From NCBI GenBank assembly GCA_016930515.1, contig JAFGGO010000155.1:1-22219 (forward strand): a stretch of DNA of 22,219 nucleotides. Reading direction: 5' to 3'. Positions 9,533 through 16,092 of the stretch are shown in pieces; position 1 is the stretch's first letter, and every line of letters begins with the position of its first letter. The position numbers and the translations under genes are program-made. The stretch comes from Promethearchaeota archaeon (GTDB lineage Archaea; Asgardarchaeota; Lokiarchaeia; Sigyniarchaeales; SOKP01). The notes beneath the pieces were generated by a model that saw nothing but the letters and a program-made list of their open reading frames with translations, searched no databases and was not told where the DNA came from.

Positions 9533-10588
9533 TTACAATAAATTATTTAATTTTTCTTTTTCTCCACCAGATATTTCAACCAAGTGCTTCAATTTTTCCA
9601 TTGCATTTCCCGATTCTATCGAATTTCTTGCGATAGATACCGCATCTGAAAAGTCAGAAGCTTTATTTGCACTTTTTAAAGCTAGTGCCGCGTTCATTAA
9701 CACCGTATCGTACTTAGCATCTCTTACCCGATTATGTAGTATTTTTATCGCAATCTTTAGATTTTCTTCCATTGTACCAGATAACAATTCCTTCGCAGAA
9801 TATTGCGGTAGGTTGAATTCTTGGCTTGTTATAGCATATGATTCAATTTTACCATCCGTTATTTCCGTTACATAATTAATTCCTACTGGAGCTATCTCGT
9901 CTATACCCAGCGAATTATATACTGTAAACGCGTGTTTCGTACCTAACCCGTTTAGTACATTCGCCATAAGAGGGGCCAATTCTTTTTGAAACACCCCAAG
10001 AATATGATATTTAGCGCTAGCAGGATTTGTTAAAGGCCCTAATATGTTAAACACCGTTCGAATTTTTAACGCTCTCCTCGTGGGCATCGCGTGTTTCATG
10101 GCAGGGTGGAATAGGGGTGCAAACATGAATCCTATTCCCACTTTTTCTATGCATTCTCTAACGCCTTCGGGAGGCAAGTTTATTTTAACACCCAATCCCT
10201 CTAATATATCTGCACTTCCACATTTGCTTGTTACAGCACGATTGCCATGCTTTGCTACTGGAACACCTGCTCCAGCTACAACTAATGCGGATATTGTACT
10301 TATATTGAAGGTTTTTATTTTATCGCCACCTGTACCGCAAGTATCCAATAATTCACCTTCAACAGCAGGATTGATCTTGCTTGAAAATTCTCGCATGATT
10401 CGAGCAAATCCCGTAATTTCTTCAGACGATTCTCCCTTCATGCTTAAACCAGTTAAAAACGCCCCAAGCTGAGATTCTTGAACCTTGCCCGTCATTATGT
10501 CCCTCATAACATTTTCTGCTTCATATATTGACAAATTTTCTTTGCATGTTATTTTCCTTAAAGCGTTTACTATCGTTTCTTCTTCCAT
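9533..10588 (-). CDS. trpD: Anthranilate phosphoribosyltransferase
   Basis: DTCGTGGD, FNIST, VAKHGNR, GSADILE, RTVFNILGPLTNPA; AAGGA SD at 10599-10603. Confidence 0.97.
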   Translation of the reverse strand: MEEETIVNALRKITCKENLSIYEAENVMRDIMTGKVQESQLGAFLTGLSMKGESSEEITGFARIMREFSSKINPAVEGELLDTCGTGGDKIKTFNISTISALVVAGAGVPVAKHGNRAVTSKCGSADILEGLGVKINLPPEGVRECIEKVGIGFMFAPLFHPAMKHAMPTRRALKIRTVFNILGPLTNPASAKYHILGVFQKELAPLMANVLNGLGTKHAFTVYNSLGIDEIAPVGINYVTEITDGKIESYAITSQEFNLPQYSAKELLSGTMEENLKIAIKILHNRVRDAKYDTVLMNAALALKSANKASDFSDAVSIARNSIESGNAMEKLKHLVEISGGEKEKLNNLL

Positions 10589-10693
10589 ATTAACCGATTC
10601 CTTTTATATTTACTCGTGATTCGTTATAATATTGGATGTCAATAATTAAAACGCACTTTTAGAAGTAAAAGCTGTTAAATCGTAAGAATTAAT

Positions 10694-10746
10694 AAATAGC
10701 GTGAAAAATAGCTTATTCCATTGAAATAGCGTTACTGCCAACGCCA
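10694..10746 (-). promoter_or_regulatory. Putative trp attenuator region (overlapping hairpins plus U-rich tracts)
   Basis: Hairpin UGGCGUUG-GCAG-UAACGCUA (10746-10727) overlaps hairpin GCUAUUUC-AAU-GGAAUAAGC (10730-10711), which is followed by UAUUUUUC; three GCUAUUU repeats. Confidence 0.5.
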
Positions 10747-10788
10747 AGGCCACTGCCAACCGAAGTGATTTGCGAACGAGATTGTCAT
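10732..10788 (-). CDS. trpL: Putative trp operon leader peptide MTISFANHFGWQWPWRWQ (18 aa, 4 Trp)
   Basis: ATG at 10788, TAA at 10734-10732, four in-frame TGG codons; AAGGA 8 nt upstream; ends 143 nt before trpD on the same strand. Confidence 0.85.
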   Translation of the reverse strand: MTISFANHFGWQWPWRWQ

Positions 10789-10831
10789 GAATCTTATCCT
10801 TAGTGTGGTTGTTTTTTATAATAATAAATTA

Positions 10832-10850
10832 CATATAAACCATTTGAATT
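10832..10850 (-). promoter_or_regulatory. Putative archaeal TATA box (TTTATATG) and BRE region for the trp leader/operon
   Basis: TTTATATG at 10839-10832 would put the TSS near 10810, just upstream of the leader SD; AT-rich context weakens specificity. Confidence 0.5.
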
Positions 10851-10865
10851 ACTCTTAATTAGCAA

Positions 10866-10942
10866 TTCAGATTACAGAAGGGAATAAAATGGGAATTTTC
10901 AAACAAAGATTTATAAAAATATATTAATTTCTTCAGATTACA
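10866..10942. repeat. 11-bp direct repeat TTCAGATTACA x2
   Basis: Exact copies at 10866-10876 and 10932-10942. Confidence 0.7.
10901..10917 (+). promoter_or_regulatory. Putative BRE/TATA (AAACAAAGA-TTTATAAA) for a + strand non-coding transcript
   Basis: Purine-rich run then TTTATAAA at 10910-10917, upstream of the structured region and the C/D sRNA. Confidence 0.4.
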
Positions 10943-11054
10943 ACTCATAGCTCTTAAATCGATCAAAATGAAGTAAAAATCATTAGGCCGGACAATGGAA
11001 TGGAGAATCCTTGGGATTGGCTCCACATTCGTCTAAAATTAAGTAGGATCACAC

Positions 11055-11116
11055 CCTAATGATGATAATTAAAAAAACTGAAAGATGCAAATGAAGAATT
11101 CCTCTCGTTCTGAAGG
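11055..11116 (+). ncRNA. Archaeal C/D-box 2'-O-methylation guide sRNA
   Basis: C ATGATGA 11059-65, 12 nt, D' CTGA 11078-81, 9 nt, C' ATGAAGA 11091-97, 12 nt, D CTGA 11110-13; terminal CCT/AGG stem with k-turn geometry; D guide antisense to conserved 23S sequence. Confidence 0.85.
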
Positions 11117-11148
11117 TAGAGACGAATTTCCGTTAAATTATAATAACT

Positions 11149-11505
11149 TTATTTTTTTGAGTCAAATACCTCTTTTAACAAGCTTGGAACTTTTTTTTCG
11201 GTTATATCTCCAACTTCAGTAATCAACATGTATTTTTTATCTTGTTCCACTCCGTCTAATACTCGATGAGGATCGAGAATTCCATCGAAAAACCCAAATT
11301 TGACGTGTTGATTTGGATCCTTCTTAATAAAACAAACTTTTCCATCTTTTTCGTAAATAGGAATATCATTTCTAAAATTTTCTCCTATATCTGGAATTAA
11401 ATCAAAAATAAGCGCCCTAAGCTCCTCAATAATCGCTCGAAACGGGGGAGGTACCTTTCGTATGTATTCGATAGCGTCCATATTAATATTTGCCATTTTA
11501 CCCAC
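11149..11505 (-). CDS. DUF1801 (YdhG-like) domain protein
   Basis: Pattern YI...P...R.I.EELR.LI....PD..E.....P.Y...G..C.I.....HVKFGF; true start may be ATG 11496. Confidence 0.75.
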   Translation of the reverse strand: MGKMANINMDAIEYIRKVPPPFRAIIEELRALIFDLIPDIGENFRNDIPIYEKDGKVCFIKKDPNQHVKFGFFDGILDPHRVLDGVEQDKKYMLITEVGDITEKKVPSLLKEVFDSKK

Positions 11506-11552
11506 ATATAATTATTTCATCGAGTTAAAGGTCTAAAGTCGAATATTAAAGC

Positions 11553-11867
11553 CTAATTGTTATTCCTATCAAATTCTAGTAAAGCAAAAATTCCGGGATT
11601 ACCGTATTCCTTTAATAATTCCATGCCATTCGCTTTAATTGAAGGAATACTGGGATCAACAACTATCCTTGTTTTATTTGATCTAACGAGCACTGCCACG
11701 CAGTCCATCTCATCTAAATTAACGAAGGCGAATATTCCCTTTTCTGAATCGTATTCGAACTTCTCCGATCCAATAGCCAAGACTATCCAATTTACGCCGT
11801 CAAAATGAATCGAATGGCCTATTTCTGGTATGAACATGGTGTTGCCCAGCAAATTATATATCGACAT
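11553..11867 (-). CDS. Hypothetical protein
   Basis: 104-aa ORF with protein-like composition, co-oriented with neighbours. Confidence 0.6.
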   Translation of the reverse strand: MSIYNLLGNTMFIPEIGHSIHFDGVNWIVLAIGSEKFEYDSEKGIFAFVNLDEMDCVAVLVRSNKTRIVVDPSIPSIKANGMELLKEYGNPGIFALLEFDRNNN

Positions 11868-12011
11868 TTGGTAGGAAAATAATCGCTAGTTAAAAAGGTT
11901 TTATTTGGTTTAAAATAGCAACTTTCCTTCCCATATAATAATACAATTCATATAAAAATCAATGCTTGCTAACTTTTGTTATTGACAAAGAGGACAAAAA
12001 TATATTTTGGA

Positions 12012-12731
12012 TTAATTCGGCCTAAAACTTTTACCTAACAAGTATGTTCCTATTACGAGTATGAATCGAGGAATAAAGACAAAGGCGTGAATAAAATGAC
12101 CTGGAACAACTGTATCCGCTAAAACAACACATCCAAAAATTGGGATTGCAATAATTAGAAAATTAGTTCTTTCCTTTAATTTTCCCGTAGAAAGCTTCCT
12201 AAACTTATGCCACCCCAATGCACAAATTATAGTTGAGATCATCGTTTGTAGCCATATAAATACGAAAAAGAACGACATTGGATTAACCCAATCGTCGTAT
12301 ACTTCGTTAATAGAATCAAGTCTGGAAATATGGATTGCATATGGGAATTCTATAAAAAAAGTGATATAATATATCACAGATATGATTATTGCAACGATTA
12401 ATATATGCTTTTTATTCATTGGGCTTCCTACTAGATCCCAAGAGGAACTCGTAATTGCAAAGGATCCAATAGGAAGAGTACAATAGGAAAAAAAAAAGAA
12501 TACAGATCTTATCCAAGGAGCATTTTGTCCAAGAAACAAAACCGATAAAAAAGAAATGCTAATTCCTGACCAACCTAAAGCCATAGATAAATAGATCATC
12601 ATTCCGTTAATATATATGGAATTTTTATGATTCCTATATCGAAAAATATCTCGAATAAAAAAAATCCAAGCTATTACAACGATTACAAATGCGCTAAGTC
12701 CATTGACCCATGATAGATACACATTTGTCAT
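12012..12731 (-). CDS. Seven-TM membrane protein (paralog 1)
   Basis: Seven hydrophobic segments; shares NG.SA, RD..RYR, APWI, VYDDWVN and RT motifs with the neighbour. Confidence 0.85.
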   Translation of the reverse strand: MTNVYLSWVNGLSAFVIVVIAWIFFIRDIFRYRNHKNSIYINGMMIYLSMALGWSGISISFLSVLFLGQNAPWIRSVFFFFSYCTLPIGSFAITSSSWDLVGSPMNKKHILIVAIIISVIYYITFFIEFPYAIHISRLDSINEVYDDWVNPMSFFFVFIWLQTMISTIICALGWHKFRKLSTGKLKERTNFLIIAIPIFGCVVLADTVVPGHFIHAFVFIPRFILVIGTYLLGKSFRPN

Positions 12732-12874
12732 AGATAATTATTATCTCAATATCATATATATTTATTTCCTCAACATACAATATGATAGAGAAATTCTTTT
12801 TTATCTTTATCAGATTAAAATAAGTCGGAACTAATTATATAAAGGACTTTTTAGTTTAATTTAAAAAACCCAAA

Positions 12875-13597
12875 TTAGTGTTCAGCAGTAGGTTTATATC
12901 CCTGGCTTAACAAAATAAGCCCGAGAACCTCTATAAATCTCGTAAGGAATAAAGACGAAAAGATTAAGTAATCTGGGACTGTTGCATCAGTCGTAAATCC
13001 AATTCCAATTAAAAACGATGATATTAATATGAGTTTGGTTCGCTTTTTTATTGTTCCTGAAGATCTTTTTATCATGTGATAAATACCCATTATGGCGCTA
13101 AATCCCGGTACAGTCATTAAAACGAGTGAAACTATATAAAATAAGGACCTTATATTAACCCAATCATCATAGACCGAGTAAGGTAATTCAAGTGAGTTAT
13201 GACGGATAGCGTCTGAATATGTGGAAAATAACACGATATAATAGATAATGGAAAGGATTGCAGAAATTAACATTATTATTTTCATTTTTTCAGGTTTTCC
13301 GTCCCACGCACCTTTATTAATTACAAAAGCCACAAAAGGAAGTCCAGAAAAGGAAAAATAACCTGCCACACCCACTATCCAGGGCGCAGTATATCCAAGT
13401 GCAATGACTGAAATGAAAGAGAGAACCACACCTATGAAACTAAATGCGGTCACGATATATATGACCATACCATAAATATATAAAGTGATGTTATAAAACC
13501 TATACCTGTATAAATCCCTTAAGAATAAGAACAAGGCGGTTATAAAGAGTACTAAAGCACTAAAACCATTGATAATGTTAATTAAAATATTCGTCAT
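12875..13597 (-). CDS. Seven-TM membrane protein (paralog 2)
   Basis: Colinear with the 12012-12731 product, 240 vs 239 aa. Confidence 0.85.
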   Translation of the reverse strand: MTNILINIINGFSALVLFITALFLFLRDLYRYRFYNITLYIYGMVIYIVTAFSFIGVVLSFISVIALGYTAPWIVGVAGYFSFSGLPFVAFVINKGAWDGKPEKMKIIMLISAILSIIYYIVLFSTYSDAIRHNSLELPYSVYDDWVNIRSLFYIVSLVLMTVPGFSAIMGIYHMIKRSSGTIKKRTKLILISSFLIGIGFTTDATVPDYLIFSSLFLTRFIEVLGLILLSQGYKPTAEH

Positions 13598-13709
13598 GAT
13601 GTTGCATCACTATCTCCTTTTTCCTTATTAAGTTTTTTTTTGCTTGTGATTTTAAACATATTGAGCAAGATTTCGGACTTTTTCACATAATTTTGAGAAT
13701 TATTAATTT

Positions 13710-14318
13710 TTATTTAGTAACTGTTCCTTTCACGAGGAAATTAACCAAATCATTAATATACTCATCATCTGAAAGTTCAAAACCTGTCCTTGTCCAATAG
13801 CTAAATGTTTGGAACAATAAATCGACCCATATCATTGCGGTTAATTTTGGGTTTTGGGGACGAATATAACCGACATCCAACAACTTATTGATTATTTTTT
13901 CGACTGTTTTATACCCTTGTTGAAGATAATCTTCCTTCATTTTTGCGTATTTTTGATTTATTCCGCTCATTTGATCGACAAATATTAAGGCAGCGTTGCC
14001 ATGTTGCTTGAAAACTGTCACATATTCCCTGTAAAGAGCCTTTATTAGTTTCACGGGAGGTATATTGTAATTTAGAAGTTTTTCTAATTTATCCATAATG
14101 TCAATATAAAATTCTTCAATTAGAATCTCGAATATCTCTTCCTTACTATTGAAATACCTGTAAAAATTTCCAACGGAAGTGCCAGCTAATTCAGTGATAT
14201 CTTTCACTCGAGTGTCGTTGAAACCTTTTTTTTGAAATGTTTCGACAGCTGCGATGAGGTATAAGTTTCTTTTTTGTTCCTTGGTTTTTTCGGTTCGTTC
14301 CTTTCGAGTAGTCATCAC
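13710..14318 (-). CDS. TetR/AcrR family transcriptional regulator
   Basis: N-terminal HTH AAVETFQKKGFNDTRVKDITELAGTSVGNFYRYFNSKEEIF. Confidence 0.95.
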   Translation of the reverse strand: MMTTRKERTEKTKEQKRNLYLIAAVETFQKKGFNDTRVKDITELAGTSVGNFYRYFNSKEEIFEILIEEFYIDIMDKLEKLLNYNIPPVKLIKALYREYVTVFKQHGNAALIFVDQMSGINQKYAKMKEDYLQQGYKTVEKIINKLLDVGYIRPQNPKLTAMIWVDLLFQTFSYWTRTGFELSDDEYINDLVNFLVKGTVTK

Positions 14319-14361
14319 AGATCAGCCTAATTTGAATAAAAAGAAAATATTTCAAGCATGT

Positions 14362-14387
14362 AAAGAAAAAAGTCCTCGCAAGAGGCT
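14362..14387 (-). terminator. Terminator-like hairpin plus U-tract upstream of tetR
   Basis: Minus strand AGCCUC-UUGC-GAGGACU-UUUUUCUUU. Confidence 0.35.
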
Positions 14388-14689
14388 TCCCTTCTTCAAA
14401 TATTATTACTTTTTATTCCTTAATAAAATTTATGTATCCTTAGCAGGGGTTTTATCTTTAAAATGACTTTTTATTCAATTTTTAAAATTTTTAAAAAATT
14501 AAAATATAAGATTTGCATGGAAAAATTAGTTATTTTAATATCTACATTATTCCTTGCCCGCTCTGATTACTTAGATAAAGAAATTAAATTTAGTTTTTTG
14601 ATTACTATCATAATATTAATTCATGTGAAAAAAGGGCTTCATTAGAAAAATTTATTCAAAATTAGCTTCGGCAATATCTCTAAGTTTTT

Positions 14690-14851
14690 TTAAAACATAC
14701 TTTCTGGATATGGATAAATCGCTCGAACATTGATGATAAACTCCCAGTCGTCATGTTTCACCCAGTGCGGACGATATGGAGTAATAGCACTTACAAAAAT
14801 TAAACTAAATGCAAGAACTGAGGTGGCTATTTTATGTTTTTCCATTTCCAT
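14690..14851 (-). CDS. Small ORF (53 aa) with signal-peptide-like N-terminus, or gene remnant
   Basis: MEMEKHKIATSVLAFSLIFVSAITPYRPHWVKHDDWEFIINVRAIYPYPESMF; shorter than any ORF in the track. Confidence 0.4.
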   Translation of the reverse strand: MEMEKHKIATSVLAFSLIFVSAITPYRPHWVKHDDWEFIINVRAIYPYPESMF

Positions 14852-15256
14852 TTTTATCACTTTTTTTAGATTGGTAAATTTTTACAAATATGTGAATTTC
14901 GGCATTCAGTTGATCATTGTTTGTTTAAAAAGTTTTTGCATAAGTAAAAAACCACTTGTTGAATAAATTCTAACATTTTATCTGATTAGATTTGTTGAGA
15001 TAGCCATTTTCATGATAAACTTGATATTAGGATTTAATCTGTTCTAGACGCACAAATATAATCTCAATATAATACTAAAGACAATAAAAAAATCTAAATA
15101 GTAATTTTTTTTTAAATTATTAAATGATATAGCTAAAGATTAAAATGTGTTGAATAGAAATATTTGAAAAAGAGATTATGAAGATATTTTTATCATAAAT
15201 ATGCGAAACATACTTAAAATCTTACTTAATAAAAAACCGTTTAAATAGGGATTTAA

Positions 15257-15925
15257 TTGAATCAGAATGAATACCTTCAATCAAATGAATTTTTTGATTT
15301 CAATAAAAAAAGAGTAAAGCAAAAAGCATTCGAAATTGTGAAGGATTTGTCAAGTAAAAAGGAGATGTTAATTGCATTATTTTATTGGGTTCGAGATAAC
15401 ATAAAATATAATATGATGTCTTATGTACCAGAAATAAAAGCTAATTTCAAAGCAAGCGTGACTCTCAGAAGAAAATACGGTTTTTGCTTATCAAAGTCGG
15501 TTTTACTCTCCACTTTTGCGCGAGCAATAGGTTTACCTGCTCGCATTCACGCTGTCGACATTATCAACCATAAAATTTCTCCTAAGGTCATTGACCTAAT
15601 GGAAACGAATGTTTTCCATTATCATGCATACAGCGAAGTGTATATTGGTGGAAAATGGATTAAACTAGCACCAGTATTTGATAAGAATACAGCAGTAAAA
15701 GGAGGTTTTTTACCATTGGTAGAATTTGATGGTGAAAACGATGCGTTGTTTTCTTCAACAGACCTCGAAGGTAAGCCGTTTGTAGAATATGTTAAAGATA
15801 GGGGAACCCACGAAACAGTTCCTATAGAAGATATTAGAAGATTATTTTCAAAAAAATATAAAAAATTATCAGACATACCATTTCCTCCGAGACCAATGAG
15901 GAACGACGCTATGAGTTATAAATAG
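15257..15925 (+). CDS. Transglutaminase-like superfamily protein
   Basis: LFYWVRDNIKY, GFCLSKSVLL...ARAIGLPAR (Cys), HAYSEVYIGGKW (His). Confidence 0.88.
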   Translation: MNQNEYLQSNEFFDFNKKRVKQKAFEIVKDLSSKKEMLIALFYWVRDNIKYNMMSYVPEIKANFKASVTLRRKYGFCLSKSVLLSTFARAIGLPARIHAVDIINHKISPKVIDLMETNVFHYHAYSEVYIGGKWIKLAPVFDKNTAVKGGFLPLVEFDGENDALFSSTDLEGKPFVEYVKDRGTHETVPIEDIRRLFSKKYKKLSDIPFPPRPMRNDAMSYK

Positions 15926-16092
15926 AATACTTCAATCAAGACATAATAACAATTTTATTTATTTCATCCATATCAAACAAGACCTAAAAGGCTTAAAAGT
16001 TTAATATTATGAGCCATAATCCCATTCTTTTTAAAAAATCTTAAGTTAATATGGTATAACCCATTTAAATTATTAAGTAAAGATAAAATACC

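Noticed and set aside
10968-11053. Second C/D sRNA or H/ACA RNA upstream of the called sRNA
   Set aside because: C-like words are present but there are no CTGA boxes at proper spacing; the ACA is too far from the hairpin base and no k-turn is evident
11091-11131. Possible eukaryote-like SECIS or hammerhead ribozyme
   Set aside because: No 3' GA quartet partner or apical AA, and no UGA-containing selenoprotein nearby; hammerhead core not matched; C'/D boxes explain the motifs better
12732-12790. AT-rich palindromes upstream of 7TM paralog 1 (AGATAAT-T-ATTATCT)
   Set aside because: Not repeated upstream of the paralog or tetR; expected by chance at this AT content
12012-13597. Microbial rhodopsin call for the 7TM pair
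   Set aside because: No retinal-binding Lys motif in helix 7 (Arg instead) and no RYxDW-type helix 3 motif
14254-14966. + strand ORFs 14254-14466, 14463-14645 and 14730-14966
   Set aside because: F/K/I/L-rich translations typical of AT-rich non-coding DNA; the first overlaps tetR and the last is antisense to a more protein-like minus-strand sORF
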